Positions 1 through 24,113 of a stretch of DNA of 64,000 nt are shown here, piece after piece. The stretch's first letter is position 1. Each line of letters starts with the position of its first letter. The stretch spans positions 6,440,699 to 6,504,698 of the forward strand of contig CM082581.2 of NCBI GenBank assembly GCA_040954595.2, given 5' to 3'. A program made the translations under genes and the position numbers. The notes under the pieces are model-generated. The model made no database searches. It saw only the letters and a program-made list of their open reading frames with translations, and was not told the DNA's origin. This DNA comes from Balanoglossus misakiensis. Taxonomy: Eukaryota; Animalia; Hemichordata.

Positions 1-1506
1 CACAGAATTTAGTCCGAGATTCTGAACGACAGCCTGAGTAAATGGATGATGATAAAAATAAATTACCCCTCCCCCCCCCCCCCTCCATCAATAATGAACA
101 CCCGCGATATATAAATTAAACTTCCAACAAGCAAGCGTGTTTTGCGAACTATTTGTAAATTATGTCCTCTTTGGTGGCGTTTGACTTAATTATGCAAATG
201 ATTGCGTGAAATACTAGTACATAGATAATGCCTCGGCGTATCGCCTGCATGGTCAGCTCTCGGTCATGAGCTAGGCGACGCCATCAATCAGAAATATTAC
301 TAGACAGCATCAAACTCCACATATGTGACTGTTGAAAATGACGAAGAATTTCTTCGGTTTTATAGTTGTTTTCTTGAATGAGTAACTGATATCTGGAGAT
401 TTAGCAATTAAGAGTAAATACATGATCTGACCCACGGTTACTTATTGAGGAAGACCACCAAAGTTTAACATAATTTTTCAAAAAACATGAGATCTGAAAG
501 ACATTCGGTAAAATGTTCAATTAAATTATTTCCTCACGTTTGGGAGTGATATAAACGAGCTCCCGTTACCAAAAGTCTGGTTCAAAAATAAGTTCACACA
601 GCCCACTGAAGTGACGCGGTACGGAAACTCAGTTCGTCTTCCCATGATTCATTGTGCTCGCCCCCCCCCCCCCCAATTGTTGGTCGACAGTGCAGTAACC
701 CCAGTAGAATTTACGGCGAGTTTCACATATCTAGTTTATAGTCTTCTGCACAAGTACGTAGCGAATGGCGTTGCAGAAACTGTTGTTGAGCTCAATATGG
801 TCCATATGTACAAAAGCATCCGATCCCCAACCGGCTAGTCATAAGAAGTACGTACAGAAGGTATATCCAAGAAGCGTTTAAGAACAAAACAATGGGCGGT
901 TTCTAAAACCTTTGACAGCTGCAGAAAAACCGAAATATTCTTTCCTGTGGGTCAATATCGTTCGATTTCTCAATTTTCTGAATGTGTTGAAGAATTCCGG
1001 TAAAACATATATTTTGAGGGAGATCCGGTCCTGGTGTCCAATAATGGATGACGTGGAACACGACAATATTAAATCGATATAAGTACTGGATTGTGAAATG
1101 TGCAATCGACCGACAGGGTCCATAGAGGGTAACGACTATATAGTTTCATAACTACTGACCGGTTCTTAATTGGTGTTCCATCTCTAACCAATCGACGTAT
1201 AGTGACAGCGTCGCAAGACAATAAAAACATTTTGAGTTGTAACCACAAATACGAGTGGTGGGATTCCAGGGCATTGTTGAAGACAGCTTCGGCCAAGCCA
1301 ATCATAACTCGTGTACTTCAACCGTGAACACCAGACGAATAAGGGAGAGACCGCGACAGCAATTTGCTCCAGAATCCGTACGACAACTGTAATAGCGCCT
1401 CCAACGGCCTACACAGTACACCTGGGCGACTTTTATGGGCTAAACTTGTGCGCGCATCTTCACAGAATGCGATGTAAGTTAGTCACCAACTACCACAGTT
1501 TTGAGA

Positions 1507-13268
<11,762 letters not shown>

Positions 13269-16200
13269 CTCCTTCCCCGTGTACTTTCGCGGCCGGTTTC
13301 ACCTTCTCAGATGCGCTCCGGCAAATTTCGGCTAACCTACTACACAAACTGATCCATCACACTTGACTGTCCCCTTTGCCTGGAGTGTCCTCACGTCCAA
13401 CGCCAACATTCGCACGTGTGTTCGTTCCTCGGGGCGCATTGGCTGATGACGGGGCAGAACACGTTCACTGTCCCTGTTTAGGCGTTGCTGTTTTCCTCAC
13501 ATGCAGTTGCTAGTCAAACCGAGTGGCGGCAGGGGCTTGGCGGAATAAATTCGCGCGCGCAGCTAGAGGGCACTCAGAGGGCGGAACCGAAAGGGCGTGG
13601 CGGTTATTCATCCCACCCCTCAGTGCGTGTCCCCGTGAGTACCGTCTTTGTTGGTGGCAAGTGACTGGCCAATCACGCCGTCTAGATGCATTTAAAGATC
13701 ACGTCTGCGTCTTGTAACTTTTATATTATTGGGTAACCGAAGGCGGAATTCGATAATACTTTTTCCTAATAGGTTGTTAATGTTCCTACTGATCAAATCA
13801 GTGAGATGCGGTTAGACCTATTTCACGCGTCGCGGACGACGAGACTGCGTGTAAATATACCCGTGTGACAATAGCACTGATCTATCTTTAGGGACTCTTT
13901 AGACAACCACACCCTCGAAATGAAGAAAAAAATTGTTCTGCTTTTTATAACCTTGGCCATGTTTATCGGGTCGTCGCTGTTTTGATGTGAGCTTATTTAT
14001 AACACGCGATCCTGACAGAAATTGAAACGCCGTGCATGCGCGATACAGACGAATCAGAAAGTGACGGGTACGACAAACTGAAGGTTCTGTCGTCTAAATA
14101 ATTATATTATTATAAAGTCCCTGCATATTATTATAAAGTAACGGCAGCTTTTTGCACCAATGCGGTTCTTTCTTACAGCATGTTTGCATCTTGTCACAGC
14201 GATTAAAAGATCACTAGTCACTCCCACCCGGTCACGTGACTGAAAAGGAAAACGGCTCCGCGGAAATAATGATTTATGACGCCATCGCGGGTTTCCACAG
14301 TGTCAAGGCAAATTACTACGAGTCTGATCCAAGGCGATAAATTACATGTAATTATGCTTAACATTCGAGATAAGCAAGAAAACAAGACAGGCAGACACCT
14401 GTAGTTTCAAACACAATGTCTATACAAAAACCACTGGACAAGAAAAAGTTCACCATTTGTAAATTCTCTCTTTCGAGCCACAAATCCCGGTCAACTCTGA
14501 TCATTTTATCACGGTTATGTTTTGAAGTGTCGGGAAGTCAACCCGTCCAAAAAACACTTATGGTGACCAACAAGCGATCAGTGAAAAGAAATCCAGTTAT
14601 CACAAAGAGCACTATTCATCGTCTTAGCGGAGTCCGTCTATGGCATGGCTCTTGTGAACTTTTATCGGGCGAACTGTGTACGCGACATGAATGTTAATAC
14701 AGATCATGTTATGCGACGTGAGTAGAGGAGCCTGTAAAAGCCGCAGCCACGCGGATTCATAAGTGGCCCATTAAAGTTAATACTGCGGCGCTTACGGATT
14801 CCAATACGACGAATAAAACGGCTTTTATTCTGGAAAGCAAAACACCTCCTTCTTCTTTCTTGTCCAGTAACAATGCAAATCGACCCTGTTTTGATCCAAT
14901 AGCCGTGGCCGGGAATTAGTACGCAGGGAGAGGTCACGGATAAAGTCCACATTTTTCGGTTGTCGATTTGCAGTGTTATTGGACATGAGATGCTGACGAA
15001 GGTGTTTTGCCTTTCGGGAGAGAAAATGTATTTTATTCATTGTATTGCAATCGGAAAATGTCGCAGTATTAAAATTATATGCCACTGGTGACCCATGTGA
15101 TTGAACTACTGGTGTACATGTATAGTCACACGGTGGAGTGACCGTGTTTGAACTTGGTCGGTGTAAATCAACGCCGATGGTGGCGCACTTTACTACAACC
15201 CTTGCTCATCGATCGAGTTTACCAGACCGAGAACTCCTGTGTACATGTACATGAAAAGTCTGCTCCAACAAGGCATTTACGATTTTCTGCTTATGGAAAC
15301 ATGCTGAATAGTAGACTAATACCATATCTCTTTCTCACCCAAAATGAATGCATATTATCACATTGAAACTACTAGTATGTGATTGCGTTATAGGACAGAA
15401 CCCTGTGCGTGTGATTTACGGTACATACAACCGATTTTCACAATAAAAGAAAGTAGGGTTTTTCCCCTGCATTGTCGAAGCTATACGAGTACATGAGGCT
15501 GTCGTCGCGCTTTGTACGCCAAAGCAAAGACAGGTAAAGCCTACCTCCGGGCAGCGATTATATTTAGCGCTTGGTTTAAAATAGACAGCGTGTTCAACCT
15601 TGTTCAGGAGAGTGGGAGGCAGAATTATTGCATAATTTAAAGGTGTTTCTTCGGTGGGGATGTGGTCATAAGAAGTTATTAAACATTATTTATTTGAAGT
15701 TGCGTGGTATTGACCTTCATGTAATTACAACCATGGTTACCTGGTTGCGACCATACAGAAAATCGGTCAGTGGCCCACTATACTTTTAAACGAATATTTC
15801 GCGTTTGGACAACCGTTTCACATTAGAGAGGAGGGGCTTTACCCATTGCCATGGTTACCCACATGACATACATACAAACAAACAATTGACCGACAACGTG
15901 TCCGAGAATCGTTGAGATCATGGCGTTCAAAGTAAACAATACGACAAGCCGTTGCCACTGGGCGGAATTAGACTTTGTCACATGTAAGAAGTTTCAATGG
16001 GCATGTATTGTCGGGTGTAACGACATTGTGTATACAGACACCGGTTTTACGGTTTATTACCAAACTCGGACAATGTCCATTGTTTGACGCGTGTCGTTGT
16101 TCCGTGTCAGGCCTATTATAACCCACACCTAAGAAACAAACTGTACGTTGACAGCTTCGCCGGCCCAATCTTGGTTCAAATACTTTTCGGTAACCTATTT

Positions 16201-19200
16201 TTAATCAAATACGAGTTTACCATGCAAAAATGTGGAAATGTTATTGAAATGTTATTGAAACTGACTGCCACGTGCAAACATTTCGGGGGAATGTTCACTT
16301 GAATCCTGATTTATCTCTTTTATGGCGACAGTCATTTAGTTTAGTAAAAATAGCACAGCTTAAAAACATCCATTTGTTTCCAAGGGACGTACCTACATTT
16401 TTAAAACAGATAATTATTCGAGTTTTCCCGCTTTTACGGAGTGTCTCCGCGTGAGAAGATCACGCCCTATCGTCACATACAGGTGAAAAAAACAAGCCCG
16501 GCCATAATTGACAACCGCTCGTTGAATTTCGGAGGATTTTGAAAAAAATCACACAGTCCGATGCCGTCGAAAATCTATTTGTTGGATAACGATTCTCGTT
16601 ATTACGTGAATTCTATTCAATGTTTTTCCAATACCTCGATTGATACAACAGGTAATTAAGTTCTTAAAAAAGCCTCGGAGAAAACAATTAATGGAATTTC
16701 CATTCTGTTTGTGCCAACACAGCTGGAGAGAGTCCACTGCCCTTACCACCGGTTCCACACTGTTTGGAACATACCGAGGTCACAAAATCTAAAGGAGTAC
16801 GGGCTAAACAAACAAACAAACAAACAAACACTTATGATTGAATACTAGTATCTGAAATGATTGAAACAGAATATCTGTTTCATTGCGTATACTGAATATC
16901 AATGTGGTAAAGTGCATAAAATATATCATATTAGTCTGAGTGCAGTATACTCGTCCGCTGATTTCACATTTCCTAGCATCGTGGTGTCTAATGGTATCCA
17001 CAACTGACTTTGGGCGCGAGAGGGCAGAAACTATACAGCAATCAGACCGTCACCTGATTGTAACGTTAGACAGCATTGTGATGCTAGTAGTATATCTGCC
17101 AGATTGCCATTGACCAAAATCGTGTGCTCATTTTAGTTTCTAATTTTGTACAGTGGGTCATGAGGATACTCGTCTGCTTGTTGAAACCTGTCCACAGACG
17201 AGCCAAATAATCGAATCGATTACCGATAAAAGGTCGACGAACTCAACATCAAGCCAGATGCCGTTTCGCTGCATCTGCCTGATCGATTGGTACAGGTTTA
17301 TGTTTGTGGTAATCTTTTTAAAATCGGAAAGCATGGCCATTATAATGCCTCAATACTTTGCGACAACTCTGGCAATGATACACCTTTACCATAAGGATGA
17401 CTGGTCCAACCAGATCATACTTTCGTTCCTACGAAAGAGTATTTTGTTGTGAGAAGGTGCCTACGGCCGACAGAGATCACGTACCTTGGGAGCAGCCAGC
17501 CGTACGTCGGCGATGACTTTGACCGAGACGTTTCCGTTCTGCTGTGCATAGCATCGCGGTGAACCGTGAACGTGCGCTACACGGCCACAAACCGGCGGCC
17601 AGTTTCCATCTGAATCAACAAACAACGTGAACTGCATGCAGCTGTCTTGCATATGTCTGCTATAACTGACCAATCAGACTGCTCGAGTAACTGGTGGAAT
17701 TATACCGTTCATACAATACCCAGTCTCTGTGACAGCGGGGATGACGCACGAGATTCCATTAATTATCCAATACTGGATTCCACAAGCTCAGCCAGTCGGG
17801 GGACCCTAACCTTTATTCCCAGCGTCCGTCTCCCGAGTGACGCAACACAACTTTTTTTGTTTTACAACGTCGATCGAAGTATGAAGCAGAGCCGTGGAGA
17901 TATCGACGGGGGGCTTTGAATCGGAACAATGCACCGTGACGTATTATACGGTGCTGGGTTCGGTTTATTGCGCGGAGAGGGGGAGTCTTAACCCCTCTTA
18001 ATAACGTTAGGGGTACTTGTCATTTTTCCCCTTTGGTTCCAACGAATGGATTAATCTACACTGAAGGACAGCTAATCGTTTCTAATATCGAATAAGTTCG
18101 GTCAAAAACTCCTATATCCTCGAGTGAGAATTTTCTCGTGAGAACTGCCCATGGCGACAAAGCGGCCGCAGTTCCTTCCCCCCAATTCACTTTGCTTGAA
18201 TAGATTAGATTGAAATTTACAAACCATGTAATCAAAGAGCCATACATTGCCGATAGCCGGAGTTACGCCATGTGCGGTTTACGTAACAACAGAATGATGG
18301 AGGCCTTTTGATTGCACGGTCTCTAGCAACGCTTTCCGGTATCCATGTAATACCCTCACGTATAGGTCTTACGAGGATAAAACTGCGATTAAGTTATTCC
18401 TTTCATGTGAAATCACAGGATGTCTATGTTATAATTCATACCCACGAGTGCATCTTTGTTTAGTAATTGTGGACGAGAATTATGTTTCCTTTTGGACTAT
18501 GAAAAAAACAGCGACAAGCAGACTGTGTCGTCAAGGACGCTTACATTTATGCAAAAGTATTTTGTAAATGTGCTCGAGAGTTTTCATTTTATCCTTTATT
18601 CATCTCTGGTTTTTCTACTCGTATCTGTTTTGTTTTGGTTCGATGTTGTATGTCTCTGGAGATTTATCTACCTGCGGGTCACCCGTCGCTCTCTTGTTTG
18701 TCGACCTTGAAAACAAAACTTTAAAAAGCTGACCTGTGACCCTAATAAACTGCCGTTACATCCAACATTATGCGACTGGCTAACTTTGAATGCTACCATC
18801 AAATATCATCTTCAGTTGTTCACGATTGCGTGGAGAAAAACCAAGTAGTAAAAGTTGCATCGCTCGGGGATGTCATCTGTGGGGGGAAAAGTGTATGCGC
18901 ATTCTTCCTGGACGTTAACGGGATAACCAAGCGACGGCGAGTAATATTTGTATCCAAGGCAGTGATACTCGCCCATGGCAGCATGCTAAAACACACATCG
19001 GTGACAAAATATTTGTATTCAACTGAATTCAAATCCCGACTGCCACGGGCAACCGTCGTATGTACCCCAATTTGAAATCAAATCGCTGAGAATGACGGTA
19101 TACAAACAGTGGCTCAGCGGAGAGTACCGCGATCAGGCTGCAAAGCGCCTATCAAAAGCTGCTTAATCGAGGGAGTAGTTGGTAAAAAGTTTTCTCCTGG

Positions 19201-21099
19201 GATATTATGATATAGCAAGTATACATTGTGTTGCGATTAGCAGAACACATAGTGACGCACGCAATGTCTGTGTATGTCCTCGACCACCTCCCCGTCGACA
19301 TTCCCGTACGCGCGTCCTCATGCCTATTCCTCGCTAATATTCTGACAGTCTCTCGCCGCCATTATTTCCAACCACCTGTTGATTTCCCCCTTTAAAACCG
19401 ACAAACGGTTCGAAAAATCTAACTTCTCTTTCGTTATCACTGCTATGTGAAAAAGTTACACATAATGGTGGGAATGGACGTATAAAAGAAAAACGTATGT
19501 ATTTACACCTCCAACAGCTTTGTCACGGCGTGAGGAAAATTTGCTTGCAACCAAGAGACACTTTGGATCTTCAAGATATTTTATCGTCAGAAAAGAAAGC
19601 TCTGATATCTTTTGTCAGTAATTAACGAAACGACAAAATACCATCTGTGAAATATTTGCAATGACAATTACGTTCGATAATTTTTTTGACAGGGAAGAAA
19701 CAGTGGTGTCTGTATATTCATTCAAAGCTGCGTGTCACGAGAAGCCGCGACTCAACAGAGAGTTTCCGAACAACCGGTTCAAAGGGAACGGTATTCATCG
19801 GCGGCTACCATCAAAATCCATCATCATATCCCCTCAGATTCGCACTACCAACTTTCACTAACGCATTGACACGTTCAAAACTTACATGTACTTGGGCGTC
19901 GTATCCACCTTCCTTCCAGCAACTGCTTGGGTAAAAAAACACGGGGACGCATACACGTGGACTTCCAAATTTTATACGGAAAAAACACGGACGCCTGCGC
20001 ACTGACCGCACACGCCAGGTGAAATAAAGCGCAATGCGACAAACGAAACTATGAATATGCATTGAATTCATGACAAGCTTTAAGTTCCAAGAGCGTGCAC
20101 TCGATCTCCACACAATAAGCACATCATGGTGAATATATATAAAATGTTACCAAGAATTACAACTTACTGTAATACCCATGGGAACTGAGGGGACACGATG
20201 CCCGTATGCACACAGATTGGAAATATAAATTCGCGTATTTTATGAAAGATCAAGGAACTCGGATCGCGCATAAAAAATAAGCGATTTGTAGAATTGTATG
20301 TTGCTGGAGAAATTTATGGTATAAACATATTCAAACTCAGTAGGCCTGTTAGAGGTTTTCAAACAAATGTTTAGAGACCATACTTTTGAATTGGTGATAA
20401 GTTTTAAAATGATCATTTGGATCTTTGGTTAAAGGTCAACAGCAAAGAGCACTGAAAGAAGATCTTTCAATCCTACCTAGAGAAAGCGCGGATCGCATTT
20501 CTGCCGTCGGCATGAGAAACTCCTATGGGAGGCAAAACGGCACCGTTGCCAGCGTCTACTGACGATGTGGTTTGCGGGAGCCTTTGTACTCGTATGACGC
20601 CGGGCAATGTTGCCCAATCGTCGTGGTATCTCGGAGGAAGATAGAAGTTCATTATGCTCAAGTACTAGCGGGCAGAGAATGTGCCCCAGGTTGGCCGAGG
20701 ATACGCCTTCCTTCTGAAGCATGGGAGTCCAGACAGGCTTGTGTGACAGTGAGTGCGCTCAAAGTTTAGAGACTCGCACAATGAATAGGAACAAAGGATG
20801 CATGGTCATATGATAGGACAGACGCTTTTGAAAAGAGTAGCAACATTAAAAATCCTACCCAGCAAATCTTACATAAAACCGTTTTATAACCCCCATCCGC
20901 ATATCTGTGTGCCTGGATATCACCTGGAGTGCAGGCATGTGTGGTCTGAGCGCTGTTGTTTCGTTTCGCAATCGCTTGGTGGCGCTCACAGTAAGTTCAG
21001 CTTACACCCGCTCGTAACAGCGGTAGGCTCCACCGTGCATTAGGGGAGCTGTGACTCAACAAACAAGAGTCAGACGAAGACAAGACGTGTACAAAGTAT

Positions 21100-21105
21100 T
21101 TTATT
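21100..21105 (-). terminator. Candidate polyadenylation signal (AATAAA) of the IGFBP-related gene
   Basis: TTTATT on the + strand ~760 nt downstream of the stop codon, at the end of an AT-rich 3' UTR-like stretch. Confidence 0.45.
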
Positions 21106-21866
21106 TAACTGATTTCCATTGTTAGAACAACCATATTGTGACATCATATGTTGACATTTAACACGATAAAAAACATGGAAATATTTTGGACGTACAGTGG
21201 TGCATATCAAAAGATACAGTCACTGCTTTGCATTAAGAGAGCTCTTTACATGTCAAGTATTTATATTTTTTTCAATATTTGCGATGAAATACTCATCGAA
21301 GCACCACAAGTTGATGAGACCAGTATCTACGATATGGGGTTTTACGACTTGTTTCGCGTGGCATACGTCGCGTTGCTTCCCCATTTCATAGCTAGACATT
21401 ATTTCAATTTCACTTATGATGCCGTACCTCCATCTGCCGATGTACATCAGCAGAGCGAGAAATACAACATATAAGCAAACACGTTTATCTATCTATAAAG
21501 CAAGTACAACAACTACATACCCTTAATGTACAAAATTATTAATTAAAGTATATAATATAGTGTTAATGGCAGTTGAACTAAATCATCGGGAACAAGTGCG
21601 CCCTCTGTATAGGTCGGCGGTAAACCTAATTTCCAGATACAGTAAACGGACCGCTACTAAGTTTCTGATTACTCGCACTATGGCAAATAACATTCAGATC
21701 ACGGCATTGTATCTTCAGGGTTAAAAATTAATCATCATACTCCCCCCCCCCTCTCAAAATGACCCTCCCGTACTGCGTGACAATAAAGCTGAGTTCCCGT
21801 GTTCCCATGGTCAGGTGTCTACACCCCGTCCCTGTGTTATTTAACGTCACCAATGCCCTACTTCCG

Positions 21867-21970
21867 CTAAATCATCCAACTCTCATTATCGTCGTCATCG
21901 TCCCCAGACCCTTCGGGAGGAATGATTTCATTGCCCGGATCTTCGTCTTCATCCCTGTCGTCTTCTTCGT
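21867..21970 (-). CDS. IGFBP-related gene exon 3 (acidic C-terminal tail)
   Basis: Acceptor TTTTTTTCAG; phase-1 reading gives DEEDDRDEDEDPGNEIIPPEGSGDDDDDNESWMI-stop. Confidence 0.8.
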
Positions 21971-24081
21971 CTGAAAAAAAGATATGTCGCAAAGTGTAAT
22001 ACGTTAATTTAAGACAAAGAATTTACCATCACATTGAGCTCTAACCACTTACATGTACTGTAGTAGTTTGACTACTACCACACGCTGATCTTTGTATACA
22101 GAGACCGTCACGCGGAGAAATTCAACAAACACGCCAAAGTTATCATTTCAATTTCGCGAACTTGGTGAAACAAGAGTTGAACTTTCAATCTGTGTTCACA
22201 GTGAAGTAGTCGACATTCCTGCCACGCTCTGAATATTTGTTCCATCGCTTCAGGAAGACAACTCATTAGGAATGCAGGCCTGCTGGTAGAGCCCGAGGGG
22301 AATCGTTAGGTAGCGAACGGAAGGCGCCCTCAATAGCGGTCGGCTAGCCAAGGCGCGAGCATTCGGATGAGATTTGACCGCCGTCTTGCCCGTGTCTGAA
22401 GTTTATATTACTGCTTCAGTGCGCGGATAACAGACGGCGGATTGTCTTTCACCGCGTTGGAAAGGAATACATCTGATGACTCGTGGGAAAAACAGTAGTC
22501 AATGGATGTTTGTGCCAGATGGACGGATAACTCCAGGTGCACTGAGGATGTTCCCATAAAATACAGCATCCGATACAAATTTATGGAATTCAGGTCAAGC
22601 CTTCGACTCCTTCCCTACAATCCATGGTAGTAGTTTATGTGTGAACTTGAGACAATATTTCCCGCTATGTACTAGAATGCGAGCGGAGTTCTGGCAGGGG
22701 AGCATCCCGCATATTTTGTTAAACAGAACAATATAAGGGAATGGTCACAGTTTCTTCGGCCTGGGAGTGGTGGATTCATGGGGGAGGTCACCCTATTTTG
22801 GAATTGGTGATGGGGTCACCCACTTTTCCATATTCGATAAAGGGGGTCAGTCACTTGGTGACATCCACAAAATAGAATCAACCGCCGCCCCCCCCCCCCG
22901 GCCGAAGAAACTGACCAGTCCCTAAATGACAAAACAGCGCAAAAATGGTGTGCACGGATAGTGACATTACCCCTCTAAGAAGGCACGATAAAACGCCAGC
23001 TTACCCACGAAGTTGTCCCCGACGGTGATGACCGCAATCGCTTGTTTGCTGCCGTACTTATTCTTCACGGTGCACGAGTACTCCCCCTGGTGACTCCTGG
23101 TGAAGGGCTCGATCTGCAGCCACCCCGTCACCTGGTGCTTGTCGGGTCCCCCGCGGGACTGCACCACCACGTTGCGGTCGTCGCCCGGCAGCACCACCGG
23201 TCCCTCCTCCTCCTCCTCCGTGATCCTGTGCCACTCGAAGCTCGGGGACGGGTAACCCGTGGCCTCGCAGGTCAGCGTGATTTTGTCGCCCGTGAAATTG
23301 TGGTGGCTGTCAGGCGGGGTGTCCAGCAGTGGAGCTGCCGTATTGGAGAGAGAAAAAAATCCATTATTAAACAAGTATTCATTTTTATCGATGCAAGAGC
23401 AAGCATGGTATTTTTTCATCAAATATCGGGAGGAATATATACCTTTACTAAAACTATGACTGAAACATGATTTTCCATGTTTTGGTATTAATGTATATTT
23501 AATAAAACGTGCTGAATCACACAGGGCTAGCCACAAGACTTTGTATACACAAACATGTTCCTCACAATGTTATGCCCTGTTACCACACGCAAACAATCTA
23601 ATGAAATCACCACTTCCAGGTCGCAACTATAAACATACAGTGGCCATCCTGAACCGACCAGCGACGTCTCGGCGAACAGCAATACCGGTCACGGATGCTG
23701 TTTTACATCGACCTCATCACAACGGTAATAGTTTACCCCAATACCCAATACTCCAAGACTTAAAAAACTAGGAAGCTTCGTCGACCGGATGATTTACAAG
23801 TGTTTCTCGGCACAGAAGATTGATTGTCCTTGGGGCGTGTACGTTTCCCCTTGCCGGATTGATTTTTTTACGCGTCTGTATTGGATATACACAAAGGAAG
23901 CTCGCTCTTCCGGTCAAAACATCACAAGACGGGCCTGGTATACTTCTTGGTCCATGGCAACTGAATACATGTACTACCCATGGGTAATATCATACGAATT
24001 ATCGCATTCACTCGCGTTCACTCGGCAATCTACAGTATCAGGTATTTGATATAACGATATTCAAAGTTTGTCTACCTGTTG

Positions 24082-24113
<32 letters not shown>

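Noticed and set aside
55-105. Poly-C tract followed by ATAATGAACA, resembling a Harbinger MITE end (similar fragments near 12254 and 21740)
   Set aside because: No partner TIR or TSD visible in the window.
15129-15146. CACGGT-GGAGTG-ACCGTG palindrome resembling the micro-insertion family
   Set aside because: It has CA...TG symmetry but no flanking 7-bp duplication, so it was not counted.
17485-17609. GC-rich minus-strand segment bounded by CAG and GTACGT
   Set aside because: Open in two frames, but neither gives a recognisable peptide or links to a gene model.
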